Shown here: piece after piece, positions 1 to 9,445 of the stretch
Layout of the letters: each line of letters begins with the position of its first letter
Position numbering within the stretch: the first letter of the stretch is position 1
DNA from: Chloroflexota bacterium
Lineage (GTDB): Bacteria; Chloroflexota; Limnocylindria; Limnocylindrales; CSP1-4
Direction of reading: 5' to 3'
DNA length: 64,000 nt
Assembly (NCBI GenBank): GCA_015478725.1
Contig: JADMIG010000006.1
Location: 19,781 to 83,780, forward strand
Notes under the pieces: generated by a model
The model's database searches: none
What the model was told of the DNA's origin: nothing
Seen by the model: only the letters and a program-made list of their open reading frames with translations
Program-made: the position numbers and the translations under genes

Positions 1-313
1 CGGCCAGCCGATCCTCACGACGAACCACGTCGTCGGCGAGACCTGGACGTTCCTGCGCCGTCGCGACGGGCACCCGTCGGCCGTCGCCTTCCTCGACGCG
101 GTCGAGTCGACCGATTGGCTCACCGTCGTGCATGTCGAGGATGCGATCGAGCGCGAGGCTCGGGCCTGGCTTCGCCGCCACGATGAGCGGGTCTACTCGT
201 TCGTCGATGCCACGAGCTTTGTCGTCATGCGCCGGGAGCGCCTCCGGGAGGCGTTGGCATTCGATGGCGACTTCAGCGCGGCAGGCTTCGTCGAGGCTCG
301 ACCAGAGACCTGA
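1..313 (+). CDS. PIN-domain ribonuclease toxin (VapC-like), 5'-truncated at window edge
   Basis: Frame from nt 2 reads ...GQPILTTNHVVGETWTFLRRR...VYSFVDATSFVVMRRERLREALAFDGDF. This is the typical VapC C-terminal part (D-A-T/S acidic residue, AFDxDF). It ends at TGA 311-313. The antitoxin would lie upstream, off-window. Confidence 0.5.
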   Translation, partial: GQPILTTNHVVGETWTFLRRRDGHPSAVAFLDAVESTDWLTVVHVEDAIEREARAWLRRHDERVYSFVDATSFVVMRRERLREALAFDGDFSAAGFVEARPET

Positions 314-436
314 CGAGACGCACGTGGGTCGGGGAGGTCTTCGGCCTGTCCGTGGCGTTCGAGAACGACGACTCGGCCGTGTTCGACTTCGGCAACACGA
401 TGACCAACCTGCTCAAGATGACAGCGGCGCGAGAGC

Positions 437-1204
437 TCATCGAGCCTGCCGCGGTGGCGGGTCGCGAGGTCGGATCCCCGCGGCGACATCTGGGAGATCG
501 CGAAGTAGCAGTCGGCCGGGCAGCGTGAACACGCGTGCCCGAAGCACAGCCCGATCCTCGAGCTGCGTCGTCGTCTGGACGTCATACGCGGCCAGCGGGA
601 CCAGGTCGTTCGCTGGCAGGTACCGCCGGCCTGGGTCGCCGACGAGGACCCGCGTGCCGTTGGCCGCCGCTCGGCGGAGCCAGGGCAGGACACGCTGCGC
701 CAGTGGTCCCTCGTACCACGTATCGCCGGCGAGCAGCACATCGGCTTCGGGCGGGCCCTCGTCGAGGACGTCGCGACCGTTGAACCCCACCCGCACGCCG
801 TTCGCGCGGGCGTTGAGTGCCACCGCCGCTTCGGCGAACGGGTCGATGTCGATGCCGGTCGACCCGGCCGCGCCCAGGCGCATCGCCACGATCGCGCAGA
901 GGCCGGATCCCGTCCCGAGGTCGACCACCTGCTTGCCGCTCACCTCGTCCGGGTGCTCCTGCAGGAAGCGCGCGATCGCCAGCCCGCCCGCCCACGCGAA
1001 CGCCCAGAACGGGATGCGTGCGCCCGGGATGCCCAGCGCGGCTTCCGTCGCGCGCCAGACCGGCGTCACCTCGTCCGCCAGGTGGAGGCGGACATCTGCC
1101 ACGCCGTCGACCGGCCGGAGCCGCGTGTGGCGACCGACGAGCGCCCGGCGATGCGAGAGTGGGATGCGGCGCGCGACGTCGCCGATCTCGTGGCGGGTGG
1201 TCAT
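437..1204 (-). CDS. class I SAM-dependent methyltransferase (PrmA/Nnt1-like small methyltransferase domain)
   Basis: 255-aa ORF with the Rossmann SAM motif VVDLGTGSGLCAI and a DxD..AGDxWYE acidic patch. Confidence 0.7.
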   Translation of the reverse strand: MTTRHEIGDVARRIPLSHRRALVGRHTRLRPVDGVADVRLHLADEVTPVWRATEAALGIPGARIPFWAFAWAGGLAIARFLQEHPDEVSGKQVVDLGTGSGLCAIVAMRLGAAGSTGIDIDPFAEAAVALNARANGVRVGFNGRDVLDEGPPEADVLLAGDTWYEGPLAQRVLPWLRRAAANGTRVLVGDPGRRYLPANDLVPLAAYDVQTTTQLEDRAVLRARVFTLPGRLLLRDLPDVAAGIRPRDPPPRQAR

Positions 1205-1331
1205 CGCCGCGTAGCGTGCCAGACTCGGCGGCCGGCCGGATCAGCTTGCGTCGAACCGCAGGCTGAGCGCGACATGCCGCCGGAGCGTGTCTCCGACCGA
1301 CGCCGCGCCGATCGACCATGGTCGAGGTAAA

Positions 1332-1426
1332 TTCGGGTTCGGGTTCGGGTTCGGGTTCGGGTTCGGGTTCGGGTTCGGGTTCGGGTCAGGGCCCCGGGTT
1401 CGGGTTCGGGTTCGGGTTCGGGTTCC
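1332..1426. repeat. hexanucleotide microsatellite (TTCGGG)n, about 9 + 5 units interrupted by AGGGCCCC
   Basis: Directly visible tandem ttcggg units. They translate as GF/PN/RT dipeptide runs in the overlapping shadow ORFs. The repeat sits in the 556-bp divergent intergenic region between the methyltransferase (-) and the SDR (+). Confidence 0.9.
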
Positions 1427-1626
1427 TGCCAAACGGTCTCCAGGGCGGGCACTCGTCGCTGTTGCGTCGCTCCGATTGGCGGTCGCTGCCGAGGTTCGAG
1501 CGTGGGCGGCCGTGCGGAGATCATCGACTCATGACAGCGGACCGCCTGGTGGGCACCTGTCAAGAAGCCGGTGACGAACGCGCGGGTGAGGCACATCTGA
1601 CCGTGGATCCGCACGCGCGGGCCGGG

Positions 1627-1670
1627 CCGGCCTCCACGCGCCGGCCTCCACGCGCCGGCCTCCACGCGCG
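1627..1670. repeat. 14-bp tandem repeat (GGCCTCCACGCGCC) x3
   Basis: Three perfect direct copies are seen in the same intergenic region, about 90 bp upstream of the SDR start. Confidence 0.7.
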
Positions 1671-1760
1671 CCCCTGACGCCGCCTTCCAGGGCCGCGGCA
1701 ACGACCACGTCTCTCGCCGCACGCCGGCCATGGGTTCGGGTCGAGTACGCTCCTCTGAGC

Positions 1761-2525
1761 ATGGACGGCATCTCGTTTTCGATCGCGGGCCAGGTCGCGC
1801 TCATCACCGGCGCGACGGGCGGCATCGGCGCGGACCTCGCCGCGGCGTTCGGCCGGGCCGGAGCCCGGGTCGGCGTCGCCGGGCGTCGGTCCCACACGGC
1901 GGAGGCGGTCGTCGAGACGATCCGCGCGGCCGGTGGCGAGGCAACGGCGATCGAGCTCGACCTGACGGACCGAACCTCGATCGACGCGGCCGTGGGTCAG
2001 GTCGTCGCCACGTTCGGGCGGCTCGACATCCTCGTCAACAACGCGGGCCTCGGGACGAACCACGACGCCATCGACGCCTCGGAAGCCGAATGGGACGAGC
2101 TGTTCGCGGTCAATGTCCGCGGGCTCTTCTTCGCCTCCCAGTCGGCCGCCCGGCAGATGCTCGCCCAGGGGTCCGGTCGGATCATCAACATGGCGTCACA
2201 GGCGGGGCTCGTCGGCATCCCGCGGCATGCCGCCTACGCGGCGAGCAAAGCGGCCGTGATCGGGTTGACCCGCGTCCTCGCCCTCGAGTGGTCGCCGCGC
2301 GGCGTGACGGTGAACGCCGTCGCCCCCACCTGGGTCTACACGCCCGGCACCGCGGAACGACTGGACGATCCGGCCTTCCTCGCCTCGGTCATCGAGCGGA
2401 TCCCGGCGGGCCGCGTCGCCTCGACCGCGGATGTCGCGGCCGCCGTCCTCTATCTCGCCTCGCCGGCGGCCGCCATGGTCACGGGCACCGTCCTGACGGT
2501 CGACGGAGGCTGGACGGCGCAGTAA
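1761..2525 (+). CDS. SDR family NAD(P)-dependent oxidoreductase (FabG-like)
   Basis: TGATGGIG glycine motif, NNAG, catalytic Y..K (YAASKAAV) and the usual PG..xT C-terminal region; 254 aa. Confidence 0.9.
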   Translation: MDGISFSIAGQVALITGATGGIGADLAAAFGRAGARVGVAGRRSHTAEAVVETIRAAGGEATAIELDLTDRTSIDAAVGQVVATFGRLDILVNNAGLGTNHDAIDASEAEWDELFAVNVRGLFFASQSAARQMLAQGSGRIINMASQAGLVGIPRHAAYAASKAAVIGLTRVLALEWSPRGVTVNAVAPTWVYTPGTAERLDDPAFLASVIERIPAGRVASTADVAAAVLYLASPAAAMVTGTVLTVDGGWTAQ

Positions 2526-2561
2526 CCGGTCGCGGGCGACGCGGGCGACCCTGGCGCCCGT

Positions 2562-4664
2562 CTACGGCTTCGTGACGTCGGTGGCCGCGGTGACGTCCGT
2601 GGCGGCGGAGGCCGCCTTCCCGGTCGCGGCGGCGGACGCTTTCCCGGTCGGGGCGCCGCCCGCCACATCGGCTACGACCGGCAGGGCGCCCGCCTCGACG
2701 AGGATCTCGTCCAGGCGGCGCGCGTTGAGGACCTCGTGCGCGATCAGCTCGCTGGCCACGGCGTCGAGGGCGGCACGGTGGCGCTGCAGCAGGTCACGGG
2801 CTCTCGTTCGCGCCTGCTCGAGGAGTCCCGCCACGGCGTCTTCGATGCGAGCGGCGGTCGCCTCGGCGAACTCGCGCGGTGCCGCCAGCTCGCGGCCCAG
2901 GAAGGGGTGGGTCTCGCCCACGCCGTACGAGACGGGGCCGAGATCGTCGCTCATGCCCCACAGTCCCACCATCCGCCGAGCGAGGTCCGTCGCGGCCTTG
3001 AGGTCACTCTCGGCGCCGGTCGTGGGCTGCCCGATGACGACTTCCTCGGCAGCCCGGCCGCCGAGCATCATCGTCAGCCGCCCGAGCAGGTAGTCGCGCG
3101 GATAGTTGCGGCGATCCTCGTCGGGTCGCTGCTCGGTCACACCGAGCGCCCGCCCGTGGGGCGCGATCGTCACCTTCTGCACCGGGTCCGCTCCCGGTGT
3201 GAGGCGCGCCACGACGGCATGACCGCCCTCGTGGTAGGCCACGACACGGCGTTCCTCCGGGTCCACCAGCGGAGACTGGGGCGTGCCGAGCAGGACCTTG
3301 TCGAGCGCGGCCTCGAACTGCTCGGGCCCGACCGTTTCGCGCCCGTCGCGGGCGGCATGGAGGGCGGCCTCGTTGGCCAGGTTGGCCAGATCGGCGCCGG
3401 AGAAGCCCGTCGTCGCCCGGGAAAGCGCTGCCAGGTCCACCGAGGGGGCCAGCGGCAAGCCCTTCGTGTGTATCCGGAGGATCGCCTCGCGACCCGCGCG
3501 GTCCGGATAGCTCACGGTCACCTCGCGGTCGAAACGCCCCGGGCGCAGGAGCGCCGGGTCGAGCACGTCCGGCCGGTTGGTGGCCGCGATCACGATGACG
3601 TTCGTCCTGTCGTCGAAGCCGTCCATCTCGACGAGCAGCTGGTTGAGGGTCTGCTCGCGCTCGTCATTGCCACCGCCCAGGCCGGCTCCCCGCTGGCGGC
3701 CGACCGCGTCGATCTCGTCGACGAAGATGATGGCGGGAGCGGCCGCCTTGGCCTTGGTGAAGAGGTCGCGCACGCGACTGGCGCCGACGCCCACGAACAT
3801 CTCGACGAACTCGGAGGCGGAGATGTTGAAGAACGGCGTCTTTGCCTCCCCGGCCACGGCGCGCGCCAGCAATGTCTTGCCGGTTCCCGGTGGACCGATG
3901 AGCAGGACGCCGCGCGGCAACCGTGCTCCCAGGCGGCCGTAGCGCTCGGGCACCTTGAGGAAGTCGACCACCTCCGCGAGCTCGGCCTTCGCGTCATCCT
4001 CGCCCGCGACGTCCGCGAAGGTGACCGTCGGGTGCTCGACGTCATAGAGGCGAGCGCGCGAACTGCCGAACCCGAAGATTCCCTGCTGGCTGCGCTGCGC
4101 CTGGCGGCCCATGTAGACGATCACGCCGATGAGCAGGAGGACCGGGAGGATGCCGATCACGAGGCTGAGGAGGACGGATCCGCTGCTCGTGTTCCTGGCG
4201 GTGATCGTCACGTTGTGCGACTCGAGCAGTGGCAGGAGCGTCCGGGAGCCGGATGGGGGGATGACCGTCGTGAACGTCTGGTAGAGGGAAGGCGCCGTCG
4301 CGCCGGCGGCCGGGACGGACGAGCCTACCGCCGGGGAGGTTGCGGGGGAGGTCACGGGCGAAGCCCCTGGGCCGCTCGCCGGCGGCCACTGGATCGGGTG
4401 GACGAAGGTGCCCTGCAGGGCCTGTCCGTCGAACTGCACCGACGCCACCCTGTCCTGCTGGACCTGGCTCACGAAGGCCGAGTAGGGCAAGTCCACCGAT
4501 GAGCTCGTCGCCGGGAGCAGCAGCGTGGCGATGTTCCACAGCAGGAGGATCCCGAAGATGAGCCACCAGACCCGGTGCGGGATGATCGGCCGCGGCTGGA
4601 CCGGAGACGCGGGTCGGTTCGACCCGCCGGGGGCACGAGTCGGCGGCGGAGGCGAGCTGCTCAT
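2562..4664 (-). CDS. ftsH: ATP-dependent zinc metalloprotease FtsH
   Basis: Two N-terminal TM helices; AAA Walker A GPPGTGKT; SRH; the HEGGHA zinc motif. The internal start MSSSPPPP.. at 4664 overlaps the upstream stop (ATGA). The longer ORF reaching 4979 is probably an extension. Confidence 0.9.
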   Translation of the reverse strand: MSSSPPPPTRAPGGSNRPASPVQPRPIIPHRVWWLIFGILLLWNIATLLLPATSSSVDLPYSAFVSQVQQDRVASVQFDGQALQGTFVHPIQWPPASGPGASPVTSPATSPAVGSSVPAAGATAPSLYQTFTTVIPPSGSRTLLPLLESHNVTITARNTSSGSVLLSLVIGILPVLLLIGVIVYMGRQAQRSQQGIFGFGSSRARLYDVEHPTVTFADVAGEDDAKAELAEVVDFLKVPERYGRLGARLPRGVLLIGPPGTGKTLLARAVAGEAKTPFFNISASEFVEMFVGVGASRVRDLFTKAKAAAPAIIFVDEIDAVGRQRGAGLGGGNDEREQTLNQLLVEMDGFDDRTNVIVIAATNRPDVLDPALLRPGRFDREVTVSYPDRAGREAILRIHTKGLPLAPSVDLAALSRATTGFSGADLANLANEAALHAARDGRETVGPEQFEAALDKVLLGTPQSPLVDPEERRVVAYHEGGHAVVARLTPGADPVQKVTIAPHGRALGVTEQRPDEDRRNYPRDYLLGRLTMMLGGRAAEEVVIGQPTTGAESDLKAATDLARRMVGLWGMSDDLGPVSYGVGETHPFLGRELAAPREFAEATAARIEDAVAGLLEQARTRARDLLQRHRAALDAVASELIAHEVLNARRLDEILVEAGALPVVADVAGGAPTGKASAAATGKAASAATDVTAATDVTKP

Positions 4665-5605
4665 GACTGCTCCTGGCGATGGGACCTTGTGGCCGGGAAG
4701 AGGGAGCGAACGCGGCGCGTGGCTCGGACGAAGCTGCCGGCGGCGATGCCGAAGACGATCACCGCCACGAGCAGGAGACCGGCGTTGACGCTGTCGAGAT
4801 TCGGGATCGGGAGGCCCGTCGGCAGGCCGTGCTCCAACGGCGCCGCCAGCCCGGGGGCGAGGAGGGCGAAGAGCCCCCACGCGGTGAAGAGGAGGCCGCC
4901 GTACAGGAGCGTGTTGCCGGCGACCGAGCGCCCGACATAGGTCAGTGCGGCCGCCCCCAGCCCTCGCGACCGCATCCACGCCCCGATCGCGGCACCGGCG
5001 GCCGCCTGGACCAGCATGGTGCCGAGGCCGAACAGGAGGCCGGGCAGGAAGGCCACCCCGGCATTCGGCATCGCCGGGGCGATCCGCGTGTAGATGATGA
5101 GGGCGAATGCCCCGGTGCCCCAGCCGGCCACGAAGCCATGAACGAGCGTCATCCGCAGCGGCACCGGGCTCGTGCCCATCGCCAGCTGGCCGTCGGTCTC
5201 ATCCTGCTCGGCGACGCGGAGCAATCGATGGAGGAACCGCTCGAGCCATTCCGTGAGATGCAGTTCCCGGCCCCGCCAGAGGATGTACGCGCCGGATGCG
5301 GCCATGACCACGCCGACCACCAGGTCGATGGCGGCATCGAGCGATCCGTTCGCGAGGATCGGAGCCAGGGCGAGGAACGCCAGCTCCGACGCGATCGCCC
5401 GCTGGACGGTGAAGGCGGCGGAGAAGAGGAGGCCGGCCTGCATCCCGCGCCGGCCCGACGCCGCACCGATGGCGTAGCTCAGGGTGATCGGCCAGGTGTG
5501 CTCGTCGGGCGTCACCCCGTGCAGGACGCCGAGGAAAAAGGCGCTGAGCAGCAGCCCGCCGAACCCGGCGCCGGCCTGGACCGCCAGAGGATCCGTCGGG
5601 CTCAT
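4661..5605 (-). CDS. polytopic membrane protein, putative transition-metal transporter (NicO/RcnA- or DsbD_2-like, with HG..PDEH and HGFxAGWG half-motifs)
   Basis: 314 aa with about 8 hydrophobic helices and two His-Gly motifs in pseudo-repeat halves. The family assignment is tentative. It is translationally coupled to ftsH. Confidence 0.45.
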   Translation of the reverse strand: MSPTDPLAVQAGAGFGGLLLSAFFLGVLHGVTPDEHTWPITLSYAIGAASGRRGMQAGLLFSAAFTVQRAIASELAFLALAPILANGSLDAAIDLVVGVVMAASGAYILWRGRELHLTEWLERFLHRLLRVAEQDETDGQLAMGTSPVPLRMTLVHGFVAGWGTGAFALIIYTRIAPAMPNAGVAFLPGLLFGLGTMLVQAAAGAAIGAWMRSRGLGAAALTYVGRSVAGNTLLYGGLLFTAWGLFALLAPGLAAPLEHGLPTGLPIPNLDSVNAGLLLVAVIVFGIAAGSFVRATRRVRSLFPATRSHRQEQS

Positions 5606-5734
5606 CGCGCGTCACATGCTCCCATCGCAACAACCATGGGGTCGGCGAACGCTGACGGGACGCGCGTCCCGGCCTGCGGTCGCCGCAGCGGGAGAGGTGG
5701 GACCCGCTGGAATCGTAGTGTAGGCTGCTGCTCC

Positions 5735-6556
5735 ATGCCAGACGATCACGCCACCCCCGACCTCGCAGCGATCAAGCAGCGCCAGCAAGCGACCTGGGCG
5801 AGCGGCGACTACCACATGATCGGGACCCAGATCCTGATCGTCTCGGAGTTGCTCATCGAGGCGCTCGACCTGCGCTCCACCGAACGGGTTCTCGACGTTG
5901 CCACCGGCAGCGGCAACGCGGCTCTTGCGGCAGCCCGACGGGGCTGCACCGTCGTCGGGCTGGACTACGTGCCGGCATTGCTGGAACGGGCGCATCGGCG
6001 CGCCGGGGTCGAGGGCCTTGAGGCCGAGTTCGTGGAGGGCGACGCCGAGGCGCTGCCATTCGACGAAGGCAGCTTCGACGTCGTCAGCTCGGTCTTCGGC
6101 GCGATGTTCGCCCCGAACCAGGAACAGACGGCGCGCGAACTCGCCCGCGTGTGTCGATCGAGCGGTCGGATCGGCCTCGTGGCGCACACACCCGAGGGCT
6201 TCATCGGCCAGCTGTTCAAGACGAACGCGAAGCACGTCCCGCCGCCGGTCGGGCTCCGCTCGCCGGTCCTCTGGGGGACCGAGGTACGGCTGCGTGAGCT
6301 CTTTGGCGACGCCATCGCCGAGATCCGCTTCGAGCGACGTCACTACGTCTTCCGCTACCGCTCGCCGGAGGCCTACCTCGAGTACTGGCGACGCTTCTAC
6401 GGGCCGACGATGAAGAGCTTCGAGGCCGTCGGAACGGCCGGTCGCGCCGCGCTCGAGACTGACCTGCTCGATCTCATCTCTCGCTTCAATCGCGCCGACG
6501 ACGGCAGCATGGTCGTCCCGAGCGAGTACCTCGAGACGGTGATCGTCAGGCGGTAG
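5735..6556 (+). CDS. class I SAM-dependent methyltransferase (Methyltransf_11/UbiE-like)
   Basis: The internal ATG at 5735 starts MPDDHATPDL... It has the VLDVATGSGNAAL motif I, a DAEALPFDEGSFDVV post-I acidic region and a C-terminal dimerisation-like domain. The 4679 start is a shadow extension. Confidence 0.8.
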   Translation: MPDDHATPDLAAIKQRQQATWASGDYHMIGTQILIVSELLIEALDLRSTERVLDVATGSGNAALAAARRGCTVVGLDYVPALLERAHRRAGVEGLEAEFVEGDAEALPFDEGSFDVVSSVFGAMFAPNQEQTARELARVCRSSGRIGLVAHTPEGFIGQLFKTNAKHVPPPVGLRSPVLWGTEVRLRELFGDAIAEIRFERRHYVFRYRSPEAYLEYWRRFYGPTMKSFEAVGTAGRAALETDLLDLISRFNRADDGSMVVPSEYLETVIVRR

Positions 6557-6839
6557 GCGCGCGAGGCGGTGCGGTCGGCGATGACCGCCCAATCCTGACA
6601 GTGAAGGCGACATGGTGGATCCGAAGCCCGACTCGAACGGACCAGCGTGCGCATGCCCGACCGAATCTCGGATCGCGCGCCATTTCGATTCGCGTCGGCG
6701 TCCGTCCGGTAGACGTGGGTCCCGACGAAGCCCGGCACCGCCAGGTCGCCGTAGCTCGCGATCAATCGCTGGAGTGCCTCGACGCGGTCGGGCTTCACCT
6801 TGGAATCCTCCCGCTCTGGAGACATTTCTCTGGCGCATC

Positions 6840-9293
6840 ATGACGGTTATGCGGCGCGATCTCCCATCCGGCACCGTCACGTTCCTCTTCACCGACGTGG
6901 AGGGCTCGACGAAGCTCCTGCACGAGCTCGGCGCCGAGGGGTACGCGGAAGCACTGGCCGAGCATCGCCGGGTGATCCGCGAGGTGTGTGCCGCGCACGC
7001 CGGGGTCGAGGTGGACACCCAGGGCGACGCGTTCTTTGTCGCCTTCCCGACAGCGCCCGGTGCGATCGAGGCGGCGCAGGAAGCGCAGGCGGGGCTGGCC
7101 TCCGGCCCCATCCGGGCGCGGATGGGTCTGCACACCGGCACGCCCTACCTGACCGCGGAGGGCTACGTCGGAGACGACGTCCATCTCGCCGCCCGGGTCG
7201 CGGCCTCTTCGCACGGCGGCCAGATCGTCCTGTCGCAGGCGACGCGAGCGTTTCTCGACGAGCGTTTCGCTCTCAGCGACCTCGGAGAGCACCGCCTGAA
7301 GGATTTCGCCGGGCCAGTCTCGATCTTCCAGCTTGGCGCGGATCGGTTCCCGCCGCTCAAGACGATCTCGAACACGAACCTGCCCCGCCCGGCCAGCTCG
7401 TTCGTGGGCCGGGAGCGCGAGGTCGAGGAGGTGGCCACGCTGCTCCGCGACGGCGCCCGTCTGGTCACCCTGACCGGACCCGGCGGTTCGGGCAAGACCC
7501 GCCTCGCGATCGAGGCGGCGGCAGAGCTCGTTCCGGGGTTCAGGGCGGGCGTCTTCTGGGTCGGCCTTGCTCCGCTCCGAGAACCGACGCTTGTTGCCGT
7601 GACGATCGCGCAGACGCTCGGCGCCAGGGACGGCCTGGCCGACCACATCGGGGAGCGCGAGCTCTTGCTCCTGCTGGACAATCTCGAGCAGGTGGTCGAG
7701 GCAGCCCCCGAGCTCTCCGCGCTCGTCGAGATCTGCCCCAATCTCAAGCTGCTCGTCACGAGCCGGGAGCTCCTGCGGGTCAGAGGAGAGGTCGAGTACC
7801 CGGTCCTTCCGCTCGCCGAGGCGGACGCGGTCGGGCTCTTCTGCGATCGGGCCGGAGCCGTGCCCGAGCGGACCGTCCACGAGCTGTGCCGCGCGCTCGA
7901 CAACCTGCCCCTGGCGCTCGAGCTGGCCGCCGCCAGAGCGAGCGTGCTTTCGCCGAAGCAGATCCTCGAGCGGCTCTCGGATCGCCTCGATCTGCTCAAG
8001 GGCGGACGAGACGCGGACCCCCGACAGCAGACCCTTCGGGCCACGATCGAATGGTCCTACGAGCTGCTCTCCAGGAAGGAGAAGGCCCTCTTCGCGCGAC
8101 TCGCCGTCTTCAGGGGCGGCTGCACGCTGGAGGCCGCCGAGGCCGTCACAGCGTCCGACCTCGACGCCCTCCAGTCGCTGGTCGACAAGTCCCTCCTCCG
8201 CCACACCGACGAGCGCTTCTGGATGCTGGCGACGATCCGGGAGTACGCGGCCGAACGACTCGAGGCCTCGGACGAGGCCGAGGAGCTGCGGCGGCGCCAC
8301 GCGGAGCACTTCCTGGCGCTCGCTGAGGCGGCGTATCCGAACCTGCGTGGCAGTCCTGGAGAGTGGCTCGACCGGCTACAGGCCGACCACGACAACTTCC
8401 GTGCCGCGCTCGACCGGCTCGAGGCGTCCGGCCAGACACAGCTTGCGTTGGAGCTGGCGGGAGCCCTGTCGCGGTTCTGGTACCTGAGAGGTCATCTGGC
8501 GGAAGGCCGGCGAGTTCTCGACAGCCTGCTCCGCGCGGATGAACGTCCGACGGCCGCTCGGGCTCGGGCCCTCAACGGAGCCGCCGTGATGGCGGCCAAC
8601 GGTGAAGACGTGGCGACGGGGAGACTTCGTGCCGAGGAGGCGCTCGCGCTTCATCGCACGCTCGGGGATGCGTGGGGCGCCGCGTACTCCGTATTCATGC
8701 TCGGAATGCTCGCGACCGAGGAGAGCGATTGGGCGACGGCCCTGCCGCTCTTCGAGGAGAGCCTGCGGGCATTCCGCGATCTCGGCGACGACCACTACAC
8801 CCTGCTCGCGACTGACGGGCTCGCGTGGATGTACTTCCAGCTCGGTGATCCCGAGCGCAGCCGGGTCCTCCACGAGGACGTCCTCCAGCGGGCACGGGCG
8901 CAGTCTGACGAGGCCGTCGTGGCGGTCCAACTCTTTCAGCTGGCGACGTTCGCCTTCGAAGAGGGTCGGGTCCAGGATGCCCTCGCGATGCAGAAGGAGT
9001 CGCTGCGCATCAATCGTGACCAGAACAGGCCTGGCGGGATCGTGGAAAACCTTTGCCTGTTCGCCGGCTACCTCGCCGCCGACGGGACAGCAGAGATCGC
9101 CGCTCGGCTCCTGTCCAGGGCCGAGGTAATGCGCGCCGAGATCGGCGGTGTCTCCTCGTGGGTCGCGGAGTTGAACGAGAAGACGCTCGCCACCCTCCAC
9201 GCCCGACTCGACGATGCCGCTCTTGCCGAAGCCTGGGACCAGGGCTCGGCCCTGACGGTCGACGAGGCGATCGCGCTCGCTCTTGACGCATAG
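6840..9293 (+). CDS. class III adenylyl/guanylyl cyclase domain - NB-ARC/AAA ATPase - TPR-like regulator (no C-terminal HTH)
   Basis: N-terminal cyclase motifs FLFTDVEGST..GDAFF..; Walker A GPGGSGKTRLA; hhhhDN Walker B LLLLDNLEQ; a long C-terminal helical TPR-like region. The architecture matches the M. tuberculosis Rv0386-type AC-ATPase regulators but lacks the LuxR HTH. Confidence 0.85.
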   Translation: MTVMRRDLPSGTVTFLFTDVEGSTKLLHELGAEGYAEALAEHRRVIREVCAAHAGVEVDTQGDAFFVAFPTAPGAIEAAQEAQAGLASGPIRARMGLHTGTPYLTAEGYVGDDVHLAARVAASSHGGQIVLSQATRAFLDERFALSDLGEHRLKDFAGPVSIFQLGADRFPPLKTISNTNLPRPASSFVGREREVEEVATLLRDGARLVTLTGPGGSGKTRLAIEAAAELVPGFRAGVFWVGLAPLREPTLVAVTIAQTLGARDGLADHIGERELLLLLDNLEQVVEAAPELSALVEICPNLKLLVTSRELLRVRGEVEYPVLPLAEADAVGLFCDRAGAVPERTVHELCRALDNLPLALELAAARASVLSPKQILERLSDRLDLLKGGRDADPRQQTLRATIEWSYELLSRKEKALFARLAVFRGGCTLEAAEAVTASDLDALQSLVDKSLLRHTDERFWMLATIREYAAERLEASDEAEELRRRHAEHFLALAEAAYPNLRGSPGEWLDRLQADHDNFRAALDRLEASGQTQLALELAGALSRFWYLRGHLAEGRRVLDSLLRADERPTAARARALNGAAVMAANGEDVATGRLRAEEALALHRTLGDAWGAAYSVFMLGMLATEESDWATALPLFEESLRAFRDLGDDHYTLLATDGLAWMYFQLGDPERSRVLHEDVLQRARAQSDEAVVAVQLFQLATFAFEEGRVQDALAMQKESLRINRDQNRPGGIVENLCLFAGYLAADGTAEIAARLLSRAEVMRAEIGGVSSWVAELNEKTLATLHARLDDAALAEAWDQGSALTVDEAIALALDA

Positions 9294-9445
9294 GTTGCGC
9301 GCGGGTCGATCGCTCTGGATCTTACCTGGCGCCATGCAGGGTTTTCATCGCTGCGGTCCCATCAGCGGGGTGGTAGCGTCGCGCCGGTGCACGCAGTCAA
9401 CAGTGCACCGGCGGGCACCCACGACGCCGGCCTGGAGGGGACGAG

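Noticed and set aside
132-1214. 360-aa plus-strand ORF (Arg/Ser/Ala-rich) spanning the VapC end and the methyltransferase
   Set aside because: Low-complexity Arg/Ser/Pro composition typical of an out-of-frame shadow of the real minus-strand methyltransferase in a 70% GC genome. No motifs.
1332-1426. Possibility that (TTCGGG)n marks a linear-replicon telomere or is coding (GFGF/PNPN peptides)
   Set aside because: It is internal to a divergent promoter region flanked by ordinary genes. The overlapping ORFs lack starts or SD sites and are just translations of the repeat. It is treated as a non-coding SSR.
4679-5734. N-terminal 350 aa of the 625-aa ORF 4679..6556
   Set aside because: Glu/Arg/Gly-rich shadow antisense to the well-supported membrane protein gene. 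The real methyltransferase begins at the internal ATG 5735.
6397-6825. 142-aa minus-strand ORF (MSPEREDSKVKPDRVEALQRLIASYGDLA...) starting 15 bp from the AC-ATPase gene
   Set aside because: Its first about 55 codons have decent GC3 and a faint ABM-like pattern. The ORF then runs 160 bp into the 3' end of the methyltransferase gene, and no motif is convincing. It is kept only as a very low-confidence possibility.
6800-8326. 508-aa plus-strand and 504-aa minus-strand ORFs overlapping the AC-ATPase-TPR gene
   Set aside because: Arg/Gly/Pro-rich alternative-frame shadows. The 6840..9293 frame carries the cyclase, Walker and TPR motifs.
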